Part shown: piece after piece, positions 7,927 to 17,277 of the stretch
How positions within the stretch are numbered: the stretch's first letter is position 1
Layout: each line of letters begins with the position of its first letter
NCBI GenBank assembly: GCA_023473585.1
Contig: JAMCYU010000004.1
Location: 66,033 to 130,032 of the forward strand
Reading direction: 5' to 3'
Origin: Patescibacteria group bacterium
Lineage (GTDB): Bacteria; Patescibacteriota; Microgenomatia; JAMCYU01
DNA length: 64,000 bases
Position numbers and translations under genes: made by a program
The notes under the pieces: generated by a model
Told to the model about the DNA's origin: nothing
The model's input: only the letters and a program-made list of their open reading frames with translations
Database searches by the model: none

Positions 7927-10230
7927 ATGGAAGGAAAATTTATCCTGTGGTTTAATGAGGTAGGAAAGGATGATATTCCTTTGGTGGGCGGTAAGGGAGC
8001 TAACTTAGGAGAAATGGCTAAATTTGGTATTCCCGTTCCCGCAGGCTTTATCGTTACGGCCCAGGCCTATTTTTATTTTTTGGAGAAAGCAAATTTACGC
8101 ACGAAAATTAAGAATTATCTTTCTTCTTTAAACCTTAATGAACCCGACTCCCTGGAACAGGTCTCTTCTCATATTAAAAGACTGATTTTAACTTCTCCGG
8201 TGCCTAGGGATTTAGCGCAAGCGATCTCTGAAAATTACGCCAAACTGGGAACCTTTTTAAAACCGGCTTTAGTCGCGGTCCGTTCTTCGGCCACCGCCGA
8301 AGATTTGCCGACCGCCTCTTTTGCCGGTCAACAGGAAACCTTCTTAAATATCTCCGGCGATGCTTCGGTCGTGGAAAAAGTACGCCAGTCCTGGGCCTCT
8401 CTTTTTACTCCCCGGGCGATTTTTTATCGCGAAGAGCAAAAATTTGATCATTTTAAAGTCGGAATTGCGATCCCTATACAGAAAATGATTCAATCGGAAA
8501 CTTCCGGCATCATGTTTACGATTGATCCTCTCTCTTCGGATAAATCAAAAATTATTATCGAAGCGATTTATGGCCTAGGCGAAATGATCGTTCAGGGACA
8601 AGTTATTCCCGACCGCTACGAGATTTCTAAAAAAGACCTTAAAATTTTAAAAAAAGATATCTCGACACAAGATAAAATGCTTGTTGGGCAAAAACATCAG
8701 AATAAGCTTTTGGAAGTGCCTAAAAAAAATAGGAGTTTACAAAAAATAAAAGATCGGGAAATTACAGAACTGGGTGTTTTGGGCAAAAAAATTGAGCGTC
8801 ATTATTTTTTCCCTCAAGACATTGAATGGGCCATTGAAAACGGGAAGATTTATATTGTCCAAACAAGACCCGTAACCACGATGGCCAGTGTTGCCAGGGG
8901 TAAAGAAGAAGCTAAAGATATTAAATTAATTAATCCAAAATTAAAACCGATTTTTACGGGCGTTGGCGCCTCACCGGGTATTGCTTCAGGGCCGGTTAGG
9001 GAAATTCATTCGCCCAAAGAAATAAATCGGGTTATTTTAGGTGATGTTTTGGTGACGGAAATGACTAATCCTGACTTTGTTCCGGCGATGAAAAAAGCCG
9101 TGGCCATTGTTACCGATCAGGGAGGCAGAACCGCCCACGCGGCCATTGTCAGCCGGGAACTGGGTATTCCTTGTGTGGTCGGCGCAAAAATCGCCACGAA
9201 GCTTCTTAAAACCGGTCAGGTGGTCACGGTCAACGGTGAAACAGGGGAAGTCTTCAGGGGCGGAATTTTGCAAAGTCAAAAAATCGCCCATGAATTTAAA
9301 AAACAAGATCAAATCTTAGCAAAAAAACACGAGATCCCCATAAAAACCGCCACGAAGATTTATCTTAACTTGGCGGAGGCAGAAAAAGTCAAAGATTTGG
9401 CGAAAATGCCGGTTGAGGGCGTGGGTTTATTGAGAGCCGAATTTGTCATGGCGCAAATCGGCATTCATCCGAAGAAAATTATTCATGATCAAAAACAAAA
9501 AATGTTTATTGAGAAACTCGCTTCTTTCCTCGCCACTTTCTGCGAGGCGTTCAGTCCTCGTCCTGTCGTTTATCGAACTTCTGATTTTAAAACCAACGAA
9601 TATCGCAATCTTACGGGCGGTCAAGATTTTGAACCCGAAGAACAAAATCCCATGATCGGTTATCGCGGCGCCTATCGCTACCGATCTGACCCGGCGGTTT
9701 TAGAATTGGAACTTGAAGCGATCAAAGAAGTTCGCAAGAAAAAAGGCTTTACCAATTTATGGTTAATGCTGCCCTTTGTCCGAACTCCGCAAGAACTTTT
9801 GGAAGTCAAAAAGATTATCGCCAGCGCCGGCCTTCTTCGGTCGCCTTCCTTTAAACTGTGGCTGATGGTGGAAATTCCCGCCAACGTGATTTTGTTGGAT
9901 AAGTTTATCGAAATGGGCATTGACGGAGTTTCGATCGGTTCTAATGATTTAACGATGTTAACCTTAGGGGTTGACCGAGACAACGCCGAACTGGCCCAGG
10001 CTTTTAACGAGCAGGACCCGGCCGTTCTTTGGGAACTAGAAAAAATTATTAAAACCTGTCATCAATATAAAATAACCTCGTCCATTTGTGGTCAGGCGCC
10101 GTCTGATTACCCTTCCTTGGTGGAAAAATTAGTACACTGGGGAATAACCAGCGTCTCGGTAAACCCCGATGCCGTAGAAAGAACCAGAGAAACGATTTAT
10201 GAAGAGGAGAAAAAATTGTGCCAAAAATAA
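7927..10230 (+). CDS. ppsA: phosphoenolpyruvate synthase (pyruvate, water dikinase)
   Basis: N-terminus LWFNEVGKDDIPLVGGKGANLGEM and phosphohistidine domain GGRTAHAAIVSRELGIPCVVG. TATACT -10 lies 6 nt before the ATG. Confidence 0.85.
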   Translation: MEGKFILWFNEVGKDDIPLVGGKGANLGEMAKFGIPVPAGFIVTAQAYFYFLEKANLRTKIKNYLSSLNLNEPDSLEQVSSHIKRLILTSPVPRDLAQAISENYAKLGTFLKPALVAVRSSATAEDLPTASFAGQQETFLNISGDASVVEKVRQSWASLFTPRAIFYREEQKFDHFKVGIAIPIQKMIQSETSGIMFTIDPLSSDKSKIIIEAIYGLGEMIVQGQVIPDRYEISKKDLKILKKDISTQDKMLVGQKHQNKLLEVPKKNRSLQKIKDREITELGVLGKKIERHYFFPQDIEWAIENGKIYIVQTRPVTTMASVARGKEEAKDIKLINPKLKPIFTGVGASPGIASGPVREIHSPKEINRVILGDVLVTEMTNPDFVPAMKKAVAIVTDQGGRTAHAAIVSRELGIPCVVGAKIATKLLKTGQVVTVNGETGEVFRGGILQSQKIAHEFKKQDQILAKKHEIPIKTATKIYLNLAEAEKVKDLAKMPVEGVGLLRAEFVMAQIGIHPKKIIHDQKQKMFIEKLASFLATFCEAFSPRPVVYRTSDFKTNEYRNLTGGQDFEPEEQNPMIGYRGAYRYRSDPAVLELELEAIKEVRKKKGFTNLWLMLPFVRTPQELLEVKKIIASAGLLRSPSFKLWLMVEIPANVILLDKFIEMGIDGVSIGSNDLTMLTLGVDRDNAELAQAFNEQDPAVLWELEKIIKTCHQYKITSSICGQAPSDYPSLVEKLVHWGITSVSVNPDAVERTRETIYEEEKKLCQK

Positions 10231-11483
10231 AAGAAATTAAAGCCCGGGAAATTTTAGATTCACGGGGAAATCCCACGATCGAAACCAAAATAACTCTCGA
10301 TAACGATATTTTGGGCATCGCTTCTGTTCCTTCCGGAGCCTCGTTAGGCAAGTATGAAGCGCTTGAACTTCGTGACGCTGACATGAACCGCTATTTTGGG
10401 TTGGGCGTTTTGAAAGCCGTAGGAAACGTTAACCAGGTCATTGGTCCAAAACTTCTTGGGTTTGATCCAACCAAACAGCAGGAAATTGACAGGTTAATGA
10501 TTGATCTTGACGGCACAGAAAATAAGAGTAAGCTTGGCGCTAACAGTCTCTTGTCGGTTTCTTTAGCCGTAGCTTCTGCTGCTTCTAAGTCTCAAAAATT
10601 ACCATTGTACCGGTATCTTAATTCTTTATATGGGGAGACATTGCCAACCACGATTGAAAAAATGCCTACCCCGACTTTTAATATCATTAACGGCGGAAAA
10701 CACGGAGCCGGTAATTTAGATTTTCAGGAATTTCATGTCGTCCCCGCAACAACGAAACCATATCATGAGGCACTCCGCATCGGCGAAGAAATCTACCAAA
10801 AACTAAAAGAGGTTTTAATTCACCGCAACGCCATTCGTTCCGTTGGCGACGAAGGAGGTTTTGCGCCAAATCTTTTTACCAATTTAGACACCCTGGAGAT
10901 CATTCTGGAAGCTGTCAAATTAACGCCCCATGTTTTCGGCCGAGATGTTTTTTTAGGACTTGACATCGCCGCTTCCAATTTCAAAAAGGCTGATGGTTAC
11001 CAAATTAAAGATAAACCGAATTCACTTTCAGCCAATGAGTTTATTGAGTATTTGATTAATCTTAATAAGGAATACCAGCTTTTGATTTTAGAAGATCCTT
11101 TAGACGAGGACGATTGGGAGGATTGGGCAAGACTGACTCAACTCTTGGGCAAAGGAACTTTAATTGTCGGCGACGATTTGTTGGCGACTAACCTTCTAAG
11201 ATTAAAGCAGGCCATCGATAAGCGTCTTTGCACCACCATTCTTATTAAACCTAACCAGGCAGGAACTTTATCGGAAACTCTGGAAGTCGTTAAAACCGCG
11301 CGTGCGGGAGGGTTTAAGGTTATTGTTTCTCATCGCTCCGGGGAAACCAACGATACTTTTATTGCCGATTTTGCCGTGGCGGTTGGTTCGGACTACGTCA
11401 AATTCGGGGCTCCGGCCAGAGGCGAAAGGGTCGCTAAATATAATCGGCTTTTGGAAATTGAGGAAGAATTAAATTTAAAATGA
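10218..11483 (+). CDS. eno: enolase
   Basis: MPKIKEIKAREILDSRGNPTIE... classic enolase N-terminus; GTG start overlapping the ppsA end. Confidence 0.95.
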   Translation: MPKIKEIKAREILDSRGNPTIETKITLDNDILGIASVPSGASLGKYEALELRDADMNRYFGLGVLKAVGNVNQVIGPKLLGFDPTKQQEIDRLMIDLDGTENKSKLGANSLLSVSLAVASAASKSQKLPLYRYLNSLYGETLPTTIEKMPTPTFNIINGGKHGAGNLDFQEFHVVPATTKPYHEALRIGEEIYQKLKEVLIHRNAIRSVGDEGGFAPNLFTNLDTLEIILEAVKLTPHVFGRDVFLGLDIAASNFKKADGYQIKDKPNSLSANEFIEYLINLNKEYQLLILEDPLDEDDWEDWARLTQLLGKGTLIVGDDLLATNLLRLKQAIDKRLCTTILIKPNQAGTLSETLEVVKTARAGGFKVIVSHRSGETNDTFIADFAVAVGSDYVKFGAPARGERVAKYNRLLEIEEELNLK

Positions 11484-13105
11484 CTAATCCTGTCGTGTTG
11501 ATTATTTTAGACGGTTGGGGGTTAGCGCCTGCCGGTCCGGGAAACGCTGTTTCTCAAGCCTCGGTGCCTAATTTTAACCGGTTTTGGGCCTCATATCCTC
11601 ATGCCAAATTAACCGCTTCGGGGGAACCCGTGGGTTTGCCTCATGGCGAACGAGGTAATTCCGAAACCGGTCATCTCAATTTAGGGGCCGGAAGAATTGT
11701 TTATCAGGACCTACCCCGCATTAATATGAGTATTGCCGACGGCTCCTTTTTCAAAAATCAAGCTTTTCTCGCCTGTTTTGAACATGTAAAGAAAAATAAT
11801 TCGGCTTTGCATCTTATGGGCCTCATCGGTCAAGGCGGCGTTCATTCGTCCAATGAACATCTTTATGCCCTTTTACGTTTAGCTAAAGAGGCTGGCCTTA
11901 AAAATCTTTTTCTGCAGCTTTTTACTGACGGAAGAGATTCACCGCCGACCTCGGCCAGACTCTACTTGAGTCAAATTGAGACCAGGCTTAAAGAAGAAGG
12001 CTTGGGGAGAATCGCTTCTTTGTGCGGCCGTTATTTTGCTTTGGATCGTGATAACCGTTGGGAACGAACCCAGAAAACCTATGAACTTTTGGTTGATGGT
12101 CTAGGGGAAAAAGCCTTTTCGGCTGAAGAAGCTGTTCAGGCGGCTTACGATCATGGCAAAACCGATGAATTTATCGAACCGACCTTAATCGTGGAAAAAA
12201 ACGGACAACCGTTAGGTCCCATCAAAGATCAAGACGCGGTTATCTTTTTTAATTATCGTATTGATCGGCCAAGACAATTAACCAAGGCTTTTATTTTACC
12301 GGATCTTGAGCATATCGCCATTACTAAGCCGACTTTTGACCCTTACGCGGAAAAATATTTTAAAAAAACCTATATTGAACCGTCTCGGTTAAGAAAAACT
12401 TTTCCCCGAAAAAAGGTCCTTTCTGATCTTTTCTTTGTGACGATGACTGAATACGAAAAGGGTTTACCTGCCAAGGTTGCTTTTCCACCGATTTCCGTCA
12501 ACATGACTTTATCCCGCGTTTTATCGGAACGTAATCTAAGACAGCTTCATATTACCGAAACCGAAAAAGAAAGATTTGTTACTTATTATTTTAATGGTCA
12601 AAGAGAAATACCGTATTCAGGAGAAGAGTGGAAAACCGTACCTTCACCTAAGGTTCCGACCTATGATTTGCAGCCGGCGATGTCGGCGACGGAAATTACC
12701 GAAATCGTCCTTGAGAAAATCAACCACAAATTTTATGATTTTATTTTGATTAATTTTGCGAATCCCGATATGGTTGGTCATACCGGCGTTATTCCGGCAG
12801 GAATTACCGCCTGCGAGGTCGTTGATACCTGTTTAGGCAAAATTGCCAACGCCGTGAATATTTCTAACGGAACTTGCATCGTTACGGCAGACCATGGTAA
12901 TGTAGAAGAAATGATTAATCCCTTAACGGGTGGAGTTGACACCGAGCATTCAAGTAATCCGGTTCCCTTCATCTTAATTAACCGAAAATATCAGGGAGAT
13001 TTACGGGAACTTTCAAGTGGTATCTTAGCGGATGTGGCACCGACTGTTTTAACAGCCTTACAAATTCCTAAGCCCAGCGAACTTTCCGGTCGCAGTTTAA
13101 TTTAA
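11480..13105 (+). CDS. gpmI: 2,3-bisphosphoglycerate-independent phosphoglycerate mutase
   Basis: VVLIILDGWG...NSETGHLNLGAGR typical of iPGM; ATGA overlap with eno. Confidence 0.9.
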   Translation: MTNPVVLIILDGWGLAPAGPGNAVSQASVPNFNRFWASYPHAKLTASGEPVGLPHGERGNSETGHLNLGAGRIVYQDLPRINMSIADGSFFKNQAFLACFEHVKKNNSALHLMGLIGQGGVHSSNEHLYALLRLAKEAGLKNLFLQLFTDGRDSPPTSARLYLSQIETRLKEEGLGRIASLCGRYFALDRDNRWERTQKTYELLVDGLGEKAFSAEEAVQAAYDHGKTDEFIEPTLIVEKNGQPLGPIKDQDAVIFFNYRIDRPRQLTKAFILPDLEHIAITKPTFDPYAEKYFKKTYIEPSRLRKTFPRKKVLSDLFFVTMTEYEKGLPAKVAFPPISVNMTLSRVLSERNLRQLHITETEKERFVTYYFNGQREIPYSGEEWKTVPSPKVPTYDLQPAMSATEITEIVLEKINHKFYDFILINFANPDMVGHTGVIPAGITACEVVDTCLGKIANAVNISNGTCIVTADHGNVEEMINPLTGGVDTEHSSNPVPFILINRKYQGDLRELSSGILADVAPTVLTALQIPKPSELSGRSLI

Positions 13106-13132
13106 TTAAAATAATCAAAGAGGAGGTTTCAA

Positions 13133-14236
13133 ATGAAAATTACACTCTCGGTCATCAAGGCAGATATCGGTTCCATCGGCGGTCATGAATGTCCCAGTCA
13201 GGCTGTTTATGAGACAGTCAAAGACTATATTGAAAAGAACAGTCAGGGGTTGCTGATTGATTATTTCCAAACTTTTTTAGGCGACGATATTGCTCTTTTA
13301 ATGACCCATACCAAAGGCGAGGGAAACTCTGATATTCATAAACTGGCCTGGGATAGTTTTAAGGCGGGGACGGAGGTCGCAAAAAAACAGGGTCTTTATG
13401 GAGCCGGACAAGATTTGCTGAAAGAATCTTTTTCGGGCAATGTTAAAGGGATGGGCCCGGGTGTTTGCGAAATGGAAATTGAAGAAAGACCTAACGAGCC
13501 TTTTGTTTTTTTCCAGGCCGATAAAACCGACCCGGGAGCTTTTAATCTGCCGCTTTATTTAAGTTTTGCTGATCCGATGTATTCGCCGGGGCTTTTTATT
13601 TCCAAATCAATGAGGAAGGGATTCGAGTTTACGGTCATGAACGTTTACCATACCGAAGGCGATAAAATTGTGACTTTAAAAGCACCGGAAGAACTTTACA
13701 GTATTGCTGTCTTACTAAGGGATTTAGAAACTTATGTTATTGAATCGGTGCACTCGCGCGACAACGGCGAAATTGCCGCCGTGGTTTCCACTTCAAGGCT
13801 TCATAATATCGCCGGAACTTATGTGGGAAAAGATGACCCCGTGGCTTTGGTTCGGGCGCAAAAATTATTTCCCGATACGGGTGAAATTCTTTCTCCTTAT
13901 GCCATCGGTTATTTTGTCGCCGGCGACAATCGGGGAAGCCACAATACGCCTTTAATGCCGATTAAAACCCGCTCGACGGTGGCTTATTTTGACGGGCCGG
14001 CCTGTGTTTCGGCATTGGGCTTTTGTGTCCATGAAGGAAAATTGACCGAACCCGTGGATCTTTTTGATCATCCGGTTTGGGAAAGAGTCCGCAGCAAAAT
14101 TTCCGACAAAGCCATCGAGCTTAGGAAACAGGGATTTTTTGGTGCGGCGATGCTGGGCATGAATGAGCTTGAATATACGGAAATCGTTGATCATATCAAA
14201 GAGCTCGACAGTCGTTTTAAAGTAAGAAATAAATGA
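13133..14236 (+). CDS. fbp: fructose-1,6-bisphosphate aldolase/phosphatase (archaeal-type bifunctional FBP A/P)
   Basis: MKITLSVIKADIGSIGGH N-terminus is the hallmark of the class V FBPase/aldolase family. SD GAGGAGG upstream. Confidence 0.7.
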   Translation: MKITLSVIKADIGSIGGHECPSQAVYETVKDYIEKNSQGLLIDYFQTFLGDDIALLMTHTKGEGNSDIHKLAWDSFKAGTEVAKKQGLYGAGQDLLKESFSGNVKGMGPGVCEMEIEERPNEPFVFFQADKTDPGAFNLPLYLSFADPMYSPGLFISKSMRKGFEFTVMNVYHTEGDKIVTLKAPEELYSIAVLLRDLETYVIESVHSRDNGEIAAVVSTSRLHNIAGTYVGKDDPVALVRAQKLFPDTGEILSPYAIGYFVAGDNRGSHNTPLMPIKTRSTVAYFDGPACVSALGFCVHEGKLTEPVDLFDHPVWERVRSKISDKAIELRKQGFFGAAMLGMNELEYTEIVDHIKELDSRFKVRNK

Positions 14237-15939
14237 TCCAGGTCGTTAAGAAACCAAAAAATCCGAAAATTGTTCCTAATCTTACTGATTATACAAAAGT
14301 CTATAGCCATTTTTTATGGAAGAATTATCAGCAAGAACTGAAATGGTTTGCCCCCGATAAAATTAACGCCGCCTACAACGCCGTTGACCGTCATTTGGGA
14401 ACCTGGAGAAAGAATAAAATTGCCCTCTATTGGGAAGGTGAAGACGGCAGCCAAAAAAAATACACTTTTGAAGAAATAGCCAATCTCTCTTCCCAGTATG
14501 GTCGTTTTTTAAAAAAACTCGGCGTTAGGCGTGGGGACAGAGTTTTTATTTTTCTGCCACGGGTTCCGGAACTTTACTTCTCTTTTTTGGGAATCTTAAA
14601 AATCGGGGCGATCGCCGGAGCTCTTTTTTCCGCTTTTAAAGAACAGGCTCTTTATGACCGCTTGGATAATAGCGGTGCCAGCATTTTAATTACCAACAGT
14701 AAGCTTAAAAACCGTGTTGAAAAAATCAGGCAGAAATTAAAAAATCTCAAACACATTCTGGTCATTGATGATCCCCAGTTTCAGGATAAATTTAAAAAAA
14801 CCTCGTCTAAACTTCGTGTTTTGGAAATGGATCCGCAGGATCCGGCTTTCATGCTTTACACTTCGGGAACAACGGGGAAACCGAAAGGTGTCGTTCATCG
14901 GCATTTAGCCATTCTTCAGGAACATCTTACGGCCAAATGGGTTTTAGATCTTAAAGATACCGATACTTATTGGTGTACGGCCGATCCGGGTTGGGTAACG
15001 GGAATTGCCTACGAAATTCTTGGTTCCTGGTCAAACGGCGTGGCGACCATCGTTTATGAAGGCCGCTTTGATCCTAAGCGTTGGTACCAAATCTTAGAGA
15101 AATACAAAGTGACTATCTGGTATACCGCTCCTACGGCCATCAGAATGCTCATGTCGGCCGGCAGTCATCTTTTTAAAAACCATAACTTAACAAGCTTAAG
15201 ACATTTAGCCTCGGTGGGTGAACCTTTAAATCCCGAAGCGATTAGGTGGGGTCTTAAAGTTTTTAATCTTCCGTTCCATGACAATTGGTGGCAAACGGAA
15301 ACGGGCGGCATTTGCATTGCCAATTATCCGTGTCTTGATATCAAACTTGGCTCTATGGGTAAGCCGGTGCCGGGCGTTGAGGCGGGAATTGTTGATGATC
15401 ATGGCAAAGAACTTCGTCTTGGCCAGGAAGGAAATTTAGCCTTAAGACCTGGGTGGGCTTCAATGATGATTAAAATTTGGCGCCGGCCGAAAAAATATAA
15501 AAGTTATTTTACTCACGGTTGGTATTTAAGCGGGGATCGGGCCTATAAAGATAAAGACGGTTATTTTTGGTTCATCGGCAGAGCCGACGACGTGATTAAA
15601 ACCGCAGGAGAGCGGGTTGGACCGTTTGAAGTTGAATCTTCCCTGGTCGAACATGACGCCGTTGTCGAGGCCGGCGTTATCGGCAAACCCGATAAAATCA
15701 GAGGTGAAATTATTAAGGCTTTTGTCGTTTTAAAAAAGGGTATTTCGCCTTCAGAAAAATTAAAAGAAGAGCTTTCTTTGTATGTGAAGACGCACTTGGC
15801 CGGTCATGCTTATCCTCGGGAAGTTGAATTTATTGATAAGCTCCCCAAAACCCGCTCGGGGAAAATCATGCGCCGCGTTCTTAAGGCGAAAGAGCTTGGT
15901 CTGCCGGTAGGCGACCTTTCGACTCTTGAAGAATATTAA
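14233..15939 (+). CDS. acs: acetyl-CoA synthetase (AMP-forming)
   Basis: MLYTSGTTGKPKGVVHRH AMP-binding motif; YWCTADPGWVTGIAYEILG resembles the ACS core. Confidence 0.7.
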   Translation: MIQVVKKPKNPKIVPNLTDYTKVYSHFLWKNYQQELKWFAPDKINAAYNAVDRHLGTWRKNKIALYWEGEDGSQKKYTFEEIANLSSQYGRFLKKLGVRRGDRVFIFLPRVPELYFSFLGILKIGAIAGALFSAFKEQALYDRLDNSGASILITNSKLKNRVEKIRQKLKNLKHILVIDDPQFQDKFKKTSSKLRVLEMDPQDPAFMLYTSGTTGKPKGVVHRHLAILQEHLTAKWVLDLKDTDTYWCTADPGWVTGIAYEILGSWSNGVATIVYEGRFDPKRWYQILEKYKVTIWYTAPTAIRMLMSAGSHLFKNHNLTSLRHLASVGEPLNPEAIRWGLKVFNLPFHDNWWQTETGGICIANYPCLDIKLGSMGKPVPGVEAGIVDDHGKELRLGQEGNLALRPGWASMMIKIWRRPKKYKSYFTHGWYLSGDRAYKDKDGYFWFIGRADDVIKTAGERVGPFEVESSLVEHDAVVEAGVIGKPDKIRGEIIKAFVVLKKGISPSEKLKEELSLYVKTHLAGHAYPREVEFIDKLPKTRSGKIMRRVLKAKELGLPVGDLSTLEEY

Positions 15940-15963
15940 TTTTTCTCCTAAAATAGATCAATT

Positions 15964-16584
15964 ATGCTGGAAACATTAGGGACTTTTGTTATCAATATCA
16001 TTTCCGACACCGGCTACCTGGGAATTTTTCTTCTTATGGCTCTTGAGTCGGCCTGCATCCCTATTCCTTCGGAGGCTACCATGCCTTTTTCGGGTTCACT
16101 GGTGGCCTTGGGCAGGTTCAATTTATGGATGGTCGTCCTAATCGGCGCTTTGGGCAATTTGGCCGGATCGCTTTTGGCTTATGCCGTGGGTTATTGGGGT
16201 CAGGATAAAATTGTGAGAATCTTGATTGTCAAATACGGCCGTTATTTTTTAATTTCCGAACACGAATATGATCGGGCGCAAAAATGGTTTTTAAAATACG
16301 GAGAGATCATTGTTTTTGCCAGCCGCATGCTGCCTGTCGTCCGGACCTTCATTTCCCTGCCGGCCGGTATCGCCAAGATGAATTTAACCAAATTCATTCT
16401 CTACACGACCATCGGTTCTTTTTTCTGGTCGCTGGTTTTAACCTCTGTCGGCATGATTTTAGGCCAAAATTGGCAGTCTTTGGAAGTCTATTTTCGGCAA
16501 TTTGATGTTTTGATTGTGGCAGGACTGACGGTTGGGGGGTTGTTTTATCTTTACCACAAATACAAGCAATTAAAAAAGCGTTAA
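15964..16584 (+). CDS. DedA family membrane protein
   Basis: 206 aa polytopic membrane protein with a DedA/VTT-like pattern. Confidence 0.6.
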   Translation: MLETLGTFVINIISDTGYLGIFLLMALESACIPIPSEATMPFSGSLVALGRFNLWMVVLIGALGNLAGSLLAYAVGYWGQDKIVRILIVKYGRYFLISEHEYDRAQKWFLKYGEIIVFASRMLPVVRTFISLPAGIAKMNLTKFILYTTIGSFFWSLVLTSVGMILGQNWQSLEVYFRQFDVLIVAGLTVGGLFYLYHKYKQLKKR

Positions 16585-16585
16585 A

Positions 16586-17230
16586 TTAATATTTACGAAT
16601 GACGCCGACGACTTTGCCCTGTATTTTTACCTCGGTAACATAAATAGGCGACATCTGCGAGTTGGCCGGCTGCAATCTGATTCGTCCCTCTTCAAAAAAG
16701 ATTCTTTTTAAAGTGGCCAAACCGTTTCTCAAAACGGCCACGACGATATCGCCGTTTTGAGCGTCTTCCTGATGCTGGATAACGACATAATCGCCGTCGA
16801 AAATACCCTCTTCGATTAAAGATTGGCCTTTAACCTGTAAAATATAAGACGGCTTTCCCGAAGAAAGCAAACTCGGGGCGACGGAAAAATAAAGATTGGG
16901 GTCAGTGTGGGGTTCCAGAGGCTCTCCGGCAGCAATAAAACCCAAAACCGGCAATTCGACCGCTACCTCTTCTTGAGTATTGTTTGGTTTGCCGGCTCGG
17001 CTTATCAGTTCAATGCCTCTTTTGGTCCCGGTCGTTAATTTAATAAAGCCCTTTCCTTCAAGACTTCTTAAATGTTCATAAATCGTGGCGACCGCCCGAA
17101 CCCCAACGGCATCAGCCATTTCCTGAAGTGTCGGAGCAAAACCGTATCTTTGAATAAATTGCCCAATAAAATCCAAAAGATGTCTTTCTTTACTGTATAA
17201 AATAGGAGGCATATACCTATAAAAAACCAT
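16586..17230 (-). CDS. lexA: LexA repressor
   Basis: N-terminal winged HTH and C-terminal S24 peptidase domain (AAG cleavage region, GQSLIEEGI, LATLKR). Confidence 0.75.
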   Translation of the reverse strand: MVFYRYMPPILYSKERHLLDFIGQFIQRYGFAPTLQEMADAVGVRAVATIYEHLRSLEGKGFIKLTTGTKRGIELISRAGKPNNTQEEVAVELPVLGFIAAGEPLEPHTDPNLYFSVAPSLLSSGKPSYILQVKGQSLIEEGIFDGDYVVIQHQEDAQNGDIVVAVLRNGLATLKRIFFEEGRIRLQPANSQMSPIYVTEVKIQGKVVGVIRKY

Positions 17231-17250
17231 AAAAAACCCGAAATGTCAAG

Positions 17251-17266
17251 ATCATCAAACTATGAT
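17251..17266. promoter_or_regulatory. candidate SOS operator palindrome ATCAT-N6-ATGAT
   Basis: Palindrome sits in the spacer between the uvrB -35 (ATGTCA, 17243-17248) and -10 (TAAAAT, 17266-17271), in the divergent lexA/uvrB intergenic region. Confidence 0.3.
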
Positions 17267-17277
17267 AAAATAGAACA

